Part shown: in pieces, positions 13,540 through 26,456 of the stretch | Layout of the letters: every line of letters begins with the position of its first letter | Position numbering within the stretch: the first letter of the stretch is position 1 | Assembly (NCBI RefSeq): GCF_004010195.1 | Contig: NC_057719.1 | Location: 94,136,659 to 94,200,335, forward strand | Direction of reading: 5' to 3' | DNA: 63,677 nt | From: Chiloscyllium plagiosum | Lineage: Eukaryota | The notes under the pieces: generated by a model | The model's database searches: none | Told to the model about the DNA's origin: nothing | Seen by the model: only the letters and a program-made list of their open reading frames with translations | Position numbers and translations under genes: made by a program

Positions 13540-14300
13540 CCAAATAGCCGGGGAACATAGACCAGTGAGCCTGATGTCAGTGGTGGGTAAGTTGTTGGAG
13601 GGGATTCTGAGGGACAGGATTTACATACATTTGGGAAGACAAGGGCTGATCGGAGTAGTCAACGTGGTAGTAAGTAGTAAGTTTACAAATTACATCAGAA
13701 AGGTCATGTAGCAGATTATCTCAGAGTACAACAAGGCCATAATTAGATGGGGCAAAGGGGCAAGGAGTGACAGGGCAGAAATTATGCACTTAATGGTAAG
13801 GTCCTGGGGAGTGTTGTGGAACAAAGGAACCTGGGGCTGCAAGTACATAGTTCCTTGAAAGTGGAGTTGCTGGTATAGAATGTTGTGCAGAACATTTGAC
13901 ACATTTGCTTTAATCAAACAGAGCTGGCATGGCATGTTGCATCTTTACAGGATATTGGTAAGGCCACTTTACGAATATTGCGTACAACTCGGTTGCCTGC
14001 TGAAAAAGATTGACATGGATGTCCAGGACAGGAGAATTTGAGCTTTAGGGATAGGCTGAATAGGTTGAGGTGTTTCCCCCTGGAGTGTCAGAGGCTGGGG
14101 GGTGACATTATAGCGGTTTAAAAAACCATCAGGGGCATGGCTTTTCTGAACAGTCACGTTCTGCTCCCCAGGAAAAAGGAGTCCAGAACAAAAGGGTATA
14201 GGCTGAAAGCAAGAGGGCGAATGTTTTAGAAGGTATCTGAAGATAAATGTTTCACGCAGAGAGTGGTGTGTGAGCAGAAAGTGCTGTCAGAGGAAGTGCT
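13540..14300 (+). mobile_element. Internally deleted CR1 fragment
   Basis: RPVSLMSVVGKLLEGILRDRIY followed by CR1 3' region motifs. Confidence 0.8.
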
Positions 14301-14422
14301 GCCGTAGTGTTAGGTAAGGGGTAATTGTAGGGGTATGGGTGGGTTTCGCTTCGGCGGGTCGGTGTGGACTTGTTGGGCCGAAGGGCCTGTTTCCACACTG
14401 TAATGTAATCTAATCTAATCTA
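14300..14422 (+). mobile_element. HE1 SINE 3' half with (TAATC)n tail
   Basis: GGTCGGTGTGGACTTGTTGGGCCGAAGGGCCTGTTTCCACACTGTAATGTAATCTAATCTAATCTA. Confidence 0.85.
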
Positions 14423-15069
14423 ACCATTCAACCCCTCAAGACTGTCTCACACGGTTTGAGGTGATTTGGGAAATGTAATTGGAAAGTCCAGGCTGGATGA
14501 GGCCCCTCATTTCTCTTTACTGAGCGTCTCCTCTCTGCAACTTATGCTTCATTTGTTGGTCATGTTATAGATCCAGATTCACTGTGAATACAGCCCCCAT
14601 ACCTCACCCAGAGATGGCTCACAAAATCCTCTGGTCTCCCTGACTGCAATATTCACCTCTGTGGGAGATCCTCAGGGTAGCTTCCCCTTCACAAACATCT
14701 TCAGCTACTTCATCAATGTCTCCCCACCTCCACCCTCCACACCATAAGATCAGAAGTGGGGATGGTCGCTGAAGATTCCACAATGTTCAGAACATTTTGT
14801 TCCCCGTCAGCTCCTGAAGTGGTCTGTGTCCGTGTGCATCAAGATCCAGACTCCATTGAGGCATGTGCTGTTAAAGGGTCCGTAACATTCATGTAACAGC
14901 ACTGCCTGACACTGCACATTGCCACAGTAAAACAAGAGTTCATTCAAAATCTCACGCTGGTTTCACAGGAATATGAGGAAGTCGTTCAGCCCAATGACAC
15001 TGTTAGAGAAGAACAGGGATACACTATTCAGTGCCTCCAGCGTATTACTCAGGAAGAGAAGGAGTATAG

Positions 15070-15691
15070 TGTGATGGGCTACACCAGAGCCCCTCAAAAA
15101 TATTTGAAGGCGGTAGCCGAGACTCTTTTTTTTTAAAGGAAATGTAAAATGTCTGTTCCAGATGCAATGTGACTGGTCAAACTACTCGGTGTGAAGCAAA
15201 ACACCATTTATTTAAACACAGAAGATAAAATGAAACCAAAGAAAGAGGAATCTAGAATAACTTAATTCTATTGGCCAAGTTAACAGAATAATGGATCTAG
15301 GAAGGAACTATTACTAATGAACTGTTCCAATATAGGAAAATCCCAAAAACACAGCTCCAGGCAAAAAAGAATATTCAGACACAGATTGTCAAAAACATTT
15401 CTCCAGTCCAGCATCAAGAGAAAATTCAGGGAGAGTAGCAGGAGACATCCACTGAAGCTTCCAACTCCGTGGCGACCCCAATAGTTTCTGATGTTGCTGA
15501 GAAACCAAAACGCAGAGATCCTAATCTGTGAGAGCTGGCCACACCCATTCAGGCTGCATTAAAATAAACCCAAGGCCTCCCTCGTTGTTTACTCAAGTGG
15601 ACTTAACTAGCCAGCTTGGTAACGGTCGTTCAGTCTCTCTCTTAAAAGAAACCAGGACATAATAATCTCTTAAAGCTGCAGCATCGTCACA
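15070..15691 (-). mobile_element. Solo LTR, same family as 44857-45476
   Basis: TGTGA...TCACA termini; shared motifs TGTGACTG(G/T)TCAAAC, GTGAGAGCTGGCC and (C/T)ATCGTCACA; no clean TSD visible. Confidence 0.7.
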
Positions 15692-15859
15692 CTTGTCAGT
15701 ACATCGAGCTGTCAAATAGGAACCAAGGGTAACCCAATCAGGCCCTTGGCCCTCTCCAATCAGACGAGGAAGAAGCCATTCAGTCCCTTGGGTCACTGAC
15801 ACAGCAACAGGCTGAGGCCGTTCATCCCCTTGAGCCACTTAGGCAGGAACAGTACGAGG

Positions 15860-16370
15860 TCATTCTGCGCTCAATGCACTTACACAGGAACAGAATGAGG
15901 TAGTTGATGCTGATTCCTGATGCCAGAAACATCGATTCTCCTGCTCCTCGGATGCTGACTGACCTGCTGTGCTTTTCCAGACATCCACTCTCTACTCTGA
16001 TCTCCAGCATCGGGCAGTGCTCACTGTCTCCTAACTGATGCTCTAACATGATGTAGAAGTGGAGCAGAGGCTGCACAGACAGACTGCTCCACGTTGTTCC
16101 TCATGGCTCCGTTGCTCATGATGCACACGTGGTACTTTAATATGGTTTTCTGGTGGTGAGGTGAGAAGCCTTGTGTGAAGTCTCAAGAAGGCATCTTTCA
16201 TCTCCGAGAAGACAGCCTGATGTTCTCTATGTCGGGCGGAAGCTGGTGGAATGGCTACCTGTTTCAGATGGATGGTATTGCGGCTGCTGTTGGGGATTGT
16301 GAACAACATGGCGTTCAGTACGGGTTCACATGCCAACTGCACAATAACATGGGGAGAGTTAATAAAAGCA
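15860..16370 (-). pseudogene. Harbinger (PIF/IS5-type) transposase relic, interrupted by a PLE terminus at ~15912-16034
   Basis: Minus-strand motifs VQLAC, IPNSSRN (cf. PGSxHD), GCLLGDE (cf. GWLLGDKG), VEQSV. Confidence 0.55.
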
Positions 16371-16959
16371 TATAACCAATTAGGAAAGCCATGCTAGACT
16401 GATGAATGGACTCTAAGGTCAAATAATGCTGACGATGTTCATGTTGATCTTGTCGAGTGAATGTCCTGTGCAGTGTAACCTGTATGCCTTATTCTGTCTA
16501 AGCCTATTTCCAAGCAATGATCTGCCTGTCCGTGCTTACTATGATCTGCCTCCACTGCTCAGAAACAAAGTTTTTCCCTGTACTGAGGTACACGTGACAA
16601 TAACTCAAACCAATCAATCCTGGGTAAAGAATGGAATTTTTCACCCTACCAATGCCTCTTTTGGAAATAAGTGATCGCTGTCACACCTCAGGTTTCAGCG
16701 TCACCATTTCTTCGTCTCTCACAGCTCTACAGACTAAAAACTCAGCTTCTTTACTCTATCCTCATGTTATCTTCGTCCTTGCCTTTGGTAAGGAGATCAT
16801 TCCTTACAAAGGTGATCAAATCTGTACAGAGTGCCCCAAATGCTCTCTCAGCAAGGCTCTATGACAGCAGGAAGATGGCTTTACTTATGTACTCAAATCA
16901 TCTAACAATGAAGGACAGCATACCATTGACTGCACCCATTACATACACAGGGTTTGATT

Positions 16960-18074
16960 CGGACCGGTCAGCATAGACTTGTGAGTGGGACATCATGCCT
17001 ACCAAATTTGTTAGAGTACTTTAATGGAGTGACCAAAAAGGTTGATGTGGACAGAGCGCTGGACGTAGTCTCTATGGATTTCAGTAAGGCCTTTCCATAT
17101 GGTTCCACCTGGCAGGCTGCTCTGGAAGGTTCCATCACGTGGAATGCTGGGGGAACTGGCCAATTGGATACACAGTTGGCTTGATGGTAGGAAGCAGAGG
17201 GTTGAGTAGAAGGATGCTGTCAGGCTGGAGGCTGGGTCCATCGTTTTTTGTTATCTATTATTTGGTTGAGAATATACAAGGCATGATTACCAAGTTTGCA
17301 GATGACACTAAAATAAGTGGGAGCATGATCAGTGAGGAATTTTATCAGAAATTGCAGCAGGATCTTAATTAGGTGGGGAAGTGGTCCGAGAAATGGCAAA
17401 TGGAATTTAATGTAGAAGTGTGAAGTCTTGCATTTTGGACACTCAAATCAAGGTAGGAGTTCCATGGTGAATGGGAGGGCCTTAAGGGGTGTAGCGGGCA
17501 GAGAAACCTTGGGGTTCAGGTGCACCGTTCTCTGAGAGTGGAGTCACAGGCAGACAGGGCAGTAACGAAGGCTTTTGGCACACTGGTCTTCATCAGGCAA
17601 GACATTGTGCATAGAAGTTGGGAATTTATGTTGCAGTTACACAGGACTTTGGTAAGGCCCCACTTGGAGTACTGTGTTCAGTTTTTGTCACTTTTTTTAG
17701 GGAGAATGTTATGAAATTAGAAATAGTGCAGAAGAAATTTACAAGGACGTTGCCAGGACCCAATGGTATGAGTTATAGGGAGAGGTTGGACAAGCTAGGA
17801 CCTTTTCTTTAGAGTGTAGGAGACTGAGGGGGGACCTTATAGAGCTGTATAAGATTATGAGAGGTATGGATAGGGTGAATGCTCTCAGCCTTTTTCCAAG
17901 GTGTACAGAATCGAGGATTAGAGGGGATCAGTTTAAGGTTAGAGGGGAAGGAATAAAAGGGAGGGGGGGGGGTACATTAACAACATTTCAAAAACATTTG
18001 TTAAATATGGGGATAGGAAAGGACTGGAAGGATATGGGCCAACTGCAGGGAAATAGGGTTAGCGTGGATGGACA
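16960..18074 (+). mobile_element. CR1 LINE RT and 3' fragment
   Basis: SCLPNLLEYF..DVVSMDFSKAF; KFADDTK; LVRPHLEYCVQF. Confidence 0.88.
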
Positions 18075-18728
18075 TTTACAAGGTGGACTCGAACCCCTCT
18101 GTTAATTAAAACCAAACACCCATAAAAGCTCGCTTCACCTCGTAATCTGTTAAAATATGAGTGACACAGACCTCCTGCTTCCACTATTTAAACAAAAATT
18201 AACAAGTTAGTTTCTTAACTTTAATAGTGAACACTATACAACAACTATTAACAAATACAAACCCCTCTTTTCTTAACTACTTACTTTCTGACTCCAGCTC
18301 TGTAAAAATATGCTGTTCCAACAACCCACATATTAAACATTGCAATCTCAAGACCACACAGTCTCTATCTTTCCTGCTGTGGTCACTCTTCCATCTGCTG
18401 ATCTCACTGGGTCATGCTTTATTTTTACTGCAAGTAGGTTTGACATGAACATGTATCTTTGATAGAGAGTGTTTGAGATGACCATTTAGCACTCCTGCTC
18501 TACAGCAGTTACGCTGCTGTTGGATGGCAGTGGCTCTCCCTCTAGTTTAAAAATGCTGGATTTATATACTTCCCTTGATACAATAATTCTCATAATTTGG
18601 TTGCTTTCCAGGTGCCCAAACGATAATAATCTTCGAGGAGAAAGTGAGGACTGCAGATGCTGGAGATCAGAGCTGAAAATGTGTTGCTGGAAAAGTGCAG
18701 CAGGTCAGGCAGCGTCCAAGGAACAGGA

Positions 18729-18765
18729 GAATCGACGTTTCGGGCACAAGCCCTTCTTCAGGAAT
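18729..18765 (-). ncRNA. Minimal type I hammerhead ribozyme motif (PLE-associated)
   Basis: ATTC-CTGAAGA-AGGGCTTGTGCCC-GAAA-CG-TC-GATT: CUGANGA/GAAA core, GGGC/GCCC stem II, palindromic ACGT stem III, GUC cleavage triplet. Confidence 0.75.
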
Positions 18766-20848
18766 GAGGAAAGTGTGTCTAGCAGGCTAAGATAAAAGAT
18801 AGGGATGAGGGATTTGGGGGCGGGGCGTTGGAAATGCGATAGGTGGAAGGAGGTCAAGGTGAGGTTGATAGGCGGGGGGGGGAGAGGTCAGGAAGAAGAT
18901 TGCAGGTTTGGAAGGCGGTGCTGAGTTCGAGGGTTGGGACTGAGACAAGGTGAGGGGAGGGGAAATGAGGAAACTGGAGAAATCTGAGTTTATCCCTTGT
19001 CGTTGGAGGGTTCCTAGGCAGAAGATGAGTCGCTCTTCCTCCAACCGTCGTGTTGCTATGGTCTGGCGATGGAGGAATCCAAGGACCTGCATGTCCTTGG
19101 TGGAGTGGAAGGGGGAGTTGAAGTGTTGAGCCACGGAGTGGTTGGGTTGGTTGATCCAGGTCTCCCAGAGGTGTTCTCTGAAAAGATCCACAAGTAGGCG
19201 GCCTGTCTCCCCAATATAGTGGAGGTCACATCGGGTGCAACGGATGCAATGGTGTATGGAGGTGCAGGTGAATTTGTGGTGGGTATAGAAGTATCCCTTG
19301 GGGCCTTGGAGGAAAGTAAGGGGGAGGTGTGGGCGCAAGTTTTGCATTTCTTGCGGTTGCAGGGGAAGGTGCAGGGAGTGGAGGTTGGGTTGGTGGGGGA
19401 TGTGGACCTGACGAGGGAGTCACGGAGGGAGTGGTCTTTTCGGAATGCTGATAGCGGACGGGAGGGAAAAATATCCCTGGTGGTGGGGTCCGTTTGGAGG
19501 TGGCGGAAATGACGGTGGATGACACGCTGTACATGGAGGTTGGTGGAGTGGTAGTTGAGGACCAGTGGTGTTCTGTCCTGGTGGCGGTTGGAGGGGTGGG
19601 GCTCAAGGGTGGAGGAGCGGGAAGTGGAAGAGATGCGGTGGAGGGCATCGTCGACCATGTCTGGGGGGACATTGTGGTCCTTGAAGAAGGAGGCCATCTG
19701 GGTTGTACGGATTTGGAACTGGTCCTCCTGGGAGCAGATGCAGCGGAGACAAAGGAATTGGGAATATGGGATGGCGTTTTTACAGGGGGCAGGGTGCGAG
19801 GAGGTGTAGTCTNNNNNNNNNNNNNNNNNNNNNNNNNNNNNNNNNNNNNNNNNNNNNNNNNNNNNNNNNNNNNNNNNNNNNNNNNNNNNNNNNNNNNNNN
19901 NNNNNNNNNNNNNNNNNNNNNNNNNNNNNNNNNNNNNNNNNNNNNNNNNNNNNNNNNNNNNNNNNNNNNNNNNNNNNNNNNNNNNNNNNNNNNNNNNNNN
20001 NNNNNNNNNNNNNNNNNNNNNNNNNNNNNNNNNNNNNNNNNNNNNNNNNNNNNNNNNNNNNNNNNNNNNNNNNNNNNNNNNNNNNNNNNNNNNNNNNNNN
20101 NNNNNNNNNNNNNNNNNNNNNNNNNNNNNNNNNNNNNNNNNNNNNNNNNNNNNNNNNNNNNNNNNNNNNNNNNNNNNNNNNNNCGTCAGGTCCACACCCC
20201 CCACCAACCCAACCTCCACTCCCGGCACCTTCCCCTGCAAATGCAAGAAATGCAAAACTTGCGCCCACACCTCCCCCCTTACCTCCCTCCAAGGCCCCAA
20301 GGGATATTACCATATCCGCCACAAATTCACCTACACCTCCACACACATCATCTATTGCATCTGCTGAACCCGATGTCACCTCCTCTATATTGGGGAGACA
20401 GGCCGCCTACTTGCGCAACGTTTCAGAGAACACCTCTGGGACATCCGGACCAACCAACCCAACCACCCCGTGGCTCAACACTTCAACTCTCCCTCCCACT
20501 GCACCAAGGACATGTAGGACCTTGGACTCCTCCATCGCCAGACAATAGCAACATGACGGTTAGAGGAAGAGCGCCTCATCTTCCGCCTAGGAATCCTCCA
20601 ACGACAAGGGAGGAACTCAGATTTCTCCAGTTTCCTCATTTCCCCTCTCCCCACCTTGTCTCAGTCAATTCCTTCGAAATCAGCACCGCCTTCCTAACCT
20701 GCAATCTTCTTCCTGACCTCTCCGCCCCCACCCCACTCCGGCCTATCACCCTCACCTTGACCTCCTTCCACCTATCGCATTTCCAACGCCCCTCCCCCAA
20801 GTCCCTCCTCCCTACCTTTTATCTTAGCCTGCTGGACACACTTTCCTC

Positions 20849-20884
20849 ATTCCTGAAGAAGGGCTTGTACCTGAAACGTCGATT
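20849..20884 (+). ncRNA. Minimal hammerhead ribozyme motif, stem II weakened
   Basis: ATTCCTGAAGAAGGGCTTGTACCTGAAACGTCGATT. Confidence 0.65.
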
Positions 20885-21839
20885 CTCCTGTTCCTTGGAT
20901 GCTGCCTGACCTGCTGCGCTTTTCCAGCAACACATTTTCAGCCCAAACGATAATATTCGGGTTTCGTTGGCTTCTGAAATCCTGAGCATTATTTAAACTC
21001 TTTGATTGCATTTGAATGGCTGTCAAAACAGCAACCAAAACTCAGGTGTCAATTTCCCAGCTAATGATGACATGTGGAACAGGCTGACCTTTAGCTGGCA
21101 TCTGTGACTGTACTTTCTATTCAGCAAAACCCGTTCTGTCTTAAAGTGACTGGTCATGCTTACGGCTTCATAACACCTCCCCCTTCAGAAAAATAAAACA
21201 TGAATCAGCAGAAGTAAAAGATGGCTTCATTTCTTTTCCTCTAATTCTTAATCCCATTATTATAGAAAGTATTAATCTCAGTTATACCATTCATATTAAT
21301 TTTGCACACCTATGTAACACTGAAATAAATCAAATCTTATCGAAACGTTTTCCTTTAAATTCGCGATAACACATCTGCTATCACATTTTAGGACCCACAG
21401 CATGTACATTTTGTAAGCTTAAAGTTGGTAACGTAAGACTCCAATGAAATAGTCTCATATTTTGGTCTTTAAATAATAAAAAAAAATGCGAGAGGTTTAT
21501 TGTTGTTCATAACCATCTCCGACTATTTGTTTGTCATATAAACATTAAAATATTGTCAGGTCCGTACCAAACTCAATCATTCTTTTTTTAATAATGGAGA
21601 TTATGTTTTTTTTTTCTGGAGGATATTGAGTTTTTTCGACAAGGAGCTAATTGGTCATTCAATTCTATCATCATCTTTCTGTATCAATAAATCTCCGACC
21701 CCTAAATCCCTCACATTAAACACAATTTTCAAAGGGTTTCAAAATATTTTGTTCAGCTAAAACTGGTGCGGTGATTAATCCTGCTTTAAAATTCTCAAAT
21801 GCCTCCTGGCATTGTTCTGTCCACCACAATTCTGTGTTC

Positions 21840-24150
21840 ATTCAGCACAGCTTTAGAGGATTACAGGCTTGCTAGAAAGAAGCTCAGAAATGGACTGAGG
21901 AGAGCCAGGAGGGGGCACGAAAAAGGCATGGCAAGAAGGATTAGGGAGAACCCAAAGGCATTTTATTTATACGTGAGGAATAAGAGAATGATCAGGGTGA
22001 AGGTAGGGCCGATCAGGAATAGCGGAGGGAACTTGTATGTGGAGTTTAAGCAGACAGGAGAAGCCCTAAATGAGTTTTTTTGTTCGGTTTTCACCAAGGA
22101 AAGGTAACTTGTTATAAATGAAAACTTAGAGGAGCTGCGATGCAGTCTTGACCAGGTCAAGATTGTGAAGTTGATGTGCTAGAAATTTTGGTAAACATTA
22201 TGATTGATAAGTCCCCATGTCTAGACCAGATTTATCCGAGGCTGCTCCGAGAAGCGAGACAGGAGGTTTCTAAGCCGCTGGTGAGGATATTTGCCTCCTT
22301 ACTCTCCACAGGAGTCGTACCAGAGGATTGGAAGGAGGCGAATGTTGTTCCTTATTTCAAGAAGGGTAATAGGGAAATCCCTGGCAATTAGAGACCAGTC
22401 TGTCTTACGTTTACGGTCAGCAAAGTTTTCGAAAGAACTCTGACAGATAGAATTTATGCCTATTTGGCAAAGCAGAGTGTGATTAAAGGCAGTCAGCATG
22501 GCTTTGTGAGGGGCAGGTCATGCCTCACAAATCTTATTGAGTTCTTTGAGGAGTTGTCATGACAGGTCAACGACGGTCGAGCAGTGGATGTGGTATATAT
22601 GGACTTCAGCAAGGCATTTGATAGGGTTCCTCATGGCAGGCTCATTCATAAAGTCAGGAAGTATGGGATACAGGGAGATTTGGCTATCTGGATTCAGAAT
22701 TGGCTGGCTGACAGAAGGCAGAGAGAGGTTGTGGATGGAAAGTATTCTGCCTGGAGGACAGTGTTGAGTGGGGTGCCGCAGGGCTGTGTATGTGGTTCTC
22801 TGCTCTTTGTAGTTTTTATAAATGAATTGGATGAAGAGGTTTATGGGTGGGTTAGTAAATTTGCAGATGACACAAAGGTTGGAGGTGTCNNNNNNNNNNN
22901 NNNNNNNNNNNNNNNNNNNNNNNNNNNNNNNNNNNNNNNNNNNNNNNNNNNNNNNNNNNNNNNNNNNNNNNNNNNNNNNNNNNNNNNNNNNNNNNNNNNN
23001 NNNNNNNNNNNNNNNNNNNNNNNNNNNNNTAGGCTCATTCATAAAGTCAGGAAGTATGGGATACAGGGAGATTTGGCTATCTGGATTCAGAATTGGCTGG
23101 CTGACAGAAGGCAGAGAGTAGTTGTGGATGGAAAGTATTCTGCCTGGAGGACAGTGTTGAGTGGGGTGCCGCAGGGCTGTGTACGTGGTTCTCTGCTCTT
23201 TGTAGTTTTTATAAATGAATTGGATGAAGAGGTTGAGGGGTGGGTTAGTAAATTTGCAGATGACACAAAGTTTGGAGGTGTCGTCGATAGTATAGAGGGC
23301 TACTGTAGGCTGCAGCGTGACAGAGACAGAATGCAAAGTTGGGCTGAGAAATGGCAGATGGAGTTCAACGTGGATAAATGCGAAGTGATGCATTTTGAAG
23401 ATCGAACACGAATGCTGTATATAAGATTAAGACAGGATTCTTGGCAGTGTGGTGAAACAGAAGGATCTGGGTGTGTAAGTTCATAGATCCCTCAACGTTG
23501 CCACCCAAGTGGATAGGGTTGTTCAGAAAGCATATGGTGTTTTGGCTTTCATCGACAGGGGGATAGAGATTAACAGCTGTGAGGTTTTTCTGCAGCTCTA
23601 CAAGTCCCTGGTGAGGCCACACTTGGAATATTGTGTCCAGTTCTGGTCGCTCTACTATAGGAAAGATAAAGAGGCTTTGGAGAGGGTGCAAAGAAGGTTT
23701 AGCAGGACACTGCCTGGACTGGATGGCTTGCCTTATGAAGAAAGGCTGAATCGGCTCGTACCTTTCTCTCTGGAGAGAAGGAGGAAGAGAGGAGACCTGA
23801 TCGAGGTGTACAAACTAATGAGAGGAATAGATAGAGTCATGAGCCAGAGACTTTTCCCCAGGGCAGGATCAACTGGTACAAGACGTTATAGTTTGAAATT
23901 ATTAGGAGGAAGGCATAAAGGAGACGTCTGAGGTAGGTTTTTTACACAGAGAGTTGTGAATGCATGGAATGCGTTGCCAGCGGTGATGGTGGAATCAGAG
24001 TCATTGAGGACATTTAAGCGACTGCTGGACATGCACATGGATAGCAGTGAGTTGAGGGGTGTGTAGGTTATATTTTACATTAGAATTTTATCTCGGCACA
24101 ACATCGTGGGCCAAAGGGCCTGTTCTGTGCGGTACTTTTCTATGTTCTAA
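21840..24150 (+). mobile_element. 5'-truncated CR1 LINE inserted in the Gmr1-type pol
   Basis: DVVYMDFSKAFDRVPH, GVPQG, KFADDTK, LVRPHLEYCVQFWS; TTCTATGTTCTA tail at ~24138-24149. Confidence 0.92.
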
Positions 24151-24316
24151 CAAATCCCTCAGTTGTGCCAATTCGCTGCTGAACTTTGCAACAAACTTCC
24201 AATAGAATCCACTCGATTCCAAAAATCGAAGCACCTCTTTCTTCGAGGATGGTCGTCGAAATTCCTCAATGGCCTTTGTCTTTGTGTTCCACGGCGTCAA
24301 CCTTCCATGTCCAATG

Positions 24317-24538
24317 CTGAAAATGTGTTGCTGGAACAGCGCAGCAGGTCAGGCAGCATCCAGGGAACAGGAGAATCGACGTTTCGGGCATAAGCCCTTC
24401 TTCAGGAATGGCTTGAAGAAGGGCTTATGCCCGAAACGTCGATTCTCCTGTTCCCTGGATGCTGCCTGACCTGCTACGCTGTTCCAGCAACACATTTTCA
24501 GCTCTGATCTCCAGCATCTGCAGACCTCACTTTCTCCT
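24317..24538. mobile_element. Palindromic PLE-derived mini-element with hammerhead motifs
   Basis: Near-perfect inverted arms 24316-24404 and 24414-24502; TSD CTTCCATGTCCAATG at 24302-24316 and 24539-24553. Confidence 0.88.
24373..24409 (-). ncRNA. Minimal hammerhead ribozyme motif
   Basis: Minus strand ATTCCTGAAGAAGGGCTTATGCCCGAAACGTCGATTC. Confidence 0.75.
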
Positions 24539-26456
24539 CTTCCATGTCCAATGTAATGTCCCAAGAATGTCACCTCTGTCTTCGCAAATTCTGTTTTCTT
24601 TAAGTTTATTACCAAGTTTGCTTCTTGTAATCGTTTAACATGCTCTGCCAGCTGTAACATGTGAGCTTTCAATCACTTGCTGAAGATCACTACATCATAC
24701 AGACAAACTGCACAATTTGTTCATTTGGCCACAGCTCTGTTCCTGAGTCATAAATGTGGCGGGAGCATTATTCATTCGTATGAAATACACCATAATGTTT
24801 TTGTCAGATCCGATATCTTTACCAGATAGTTTAACTGACTCAACATTTTTTTTTATTTGAAAGAGGCCACTAAACCTGGCTTTGAAGTGATTTCCTACCA
24901 CTGGTGGCAATACTAATACGTCATCCCCACTGGAAATCGTCAAAGTTTCAGAGTTGTTATCTGCCACCTGCTTCACTCTATGCTGTGTCCTCTTCAGGTG
25001 CTGTTTAGCTAACTCACCTACTCCATCTAATCTCTCCCTCACCTCACATACATAATCCAAGTGTGAGATCTCCGACTTCGGTCCTTCAATTTATATTTAA
25101 TTAATTTCAAAGGACCGCTCAGTTCATGTACGAATATTAACTCAACGGAACTGAACTGAGTAGATTTATTTGGAACATCTCTGATGGCAAGCAATTTAAT
25201 GAGACCGTTTATCCCAATCATTCAGGCAACCGTGACAGTACGCTGTTAACATGGTCTTCAGCATCTGATGTTAACTTTCCAAGGCTCGCTGGGGTTCAAA
25301 ATGGGCCGCACTTGATTTGAAGTGCTGTATGCCTAAGCTATGCATGACTTCTTTAAACAGCTGAGCAGTAAAATGAGACCCTTGGTCTGACTGAATCTCT
25401 CTGCGTAGCCCAGAGTGTGTAAAGAAAGCTACCAACTCCTCTACCTCCCTTTTTAGCTTAACATTCCGTAATGGAATTGCCTCTGGAAATCTGGTAGACA
25501 CATCCATTATGGTCAGCAAATATTGGTTTCCACATTTTTTTAGAAAGGGGAGCTACACAATTGATCATAGTCCACGTGAAAGGTTCTTCGAATGCAGGAA
25601 TTGGCAACAAAGGTGCTGGTTTTATTACTGCCCGTGACTTACCTACCATTTGGCATGTATGACATGTACAACAAAAATTAACCACGTCCTTGTGCATTCC
25701 AGGCCACTAGAAATGCTTCTGTACCTTATCCTGAGTCTTCCATACATCTAGGTGACTGCCTGTAGTTAGTTCATGTGCTACCAGTAACACAGTATGCTAC
25801 CGGTAACACAATCTGGTGCACTTCGGCCCATTTCCCTTCTGCACTAACCTATCGTGGTCTCCATTTTAATTTTAGTATTCTATCTTTAAATTAATAACAT
25901 TCAAGAATATATTATGTTTCCTTTTCTGTGTGTGTGTATGTGTAAGTGTGTGTATTTATCTGTTGTAAGTCCATTAGCCTTTCAGGACTAAATACCTCTG
26001 CCTGACCCTCTGCCTGTTCAGGTTTTGTTTCCGGCACCATGACATCAAACAGGATGTCTGTTAACTGCACATCAACTCCTTTGGCTTTTTTTTTCGTTTC
26101 TCCTTCCTGCTGTAACTTATGACAGTGGGATCTTGTAACTACACAGTCTGAAAAAAATCCTGGGTATTTGTCTTTTAACTCCCCAGTTCCCTCGTGTTGC
26201 TTTCACTTCTCCACCACAAGGGGTATCTCTCCCACCTTGGATCCTGCTAAATCGTTCCAAGAATAAACAGTATTCCTGGAACTGACAGACTGTCACTCAC
26301 TGTCACTGTGACTTCCCCAACCTTGATTTGGCACTCCAACCTGATGTTACACAAGGGAATGCTTAATTTCTGTCCCCATTCCACAAATTATCACGCTCTT
26401 GAGTCACATGTCAGAAAGAGTGAAAATACTTCCATCTCTTACTATTAGAGGCTGAG

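Larger units (their letters stand above)
18629..20940. mobile_element. Penelope-like element (Neptune-type): two inverted arms and a 15-bp TSD
   Basis: Minus arm 18636-19812 and plus arm 20184-20942 both encode TFPCxxKKCKTC and GIY-YIG CIxCxRC...YIGETGR; TSD GCCCAAACGATAATA at 18614-18628 and 20941-20955. Confidence 0.88.
18075..21175 (-). repeat. 3' LTR of the Gmr1-type element, split by a PLE insertion
   Basis: Starts TGTTA after the PPT; homologous to 28728-28860; interrupted at 18629-20940. Confidence 0.75.

Noticed and set aside
22638..23282. ~250-bp direct duplication within CR1 RT
   Set aside because: The near-identical copies flank an N-gap, typical of an unmerged contig overlap or two haplotypes
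1764..23486. Long ORFs containing X runs (e.g. 7125-7838, 19056-20300, 19494-20909, 22584-23486)
   Set aside because: Their length comes from reading through N-gaps; the real parts are TE fragments
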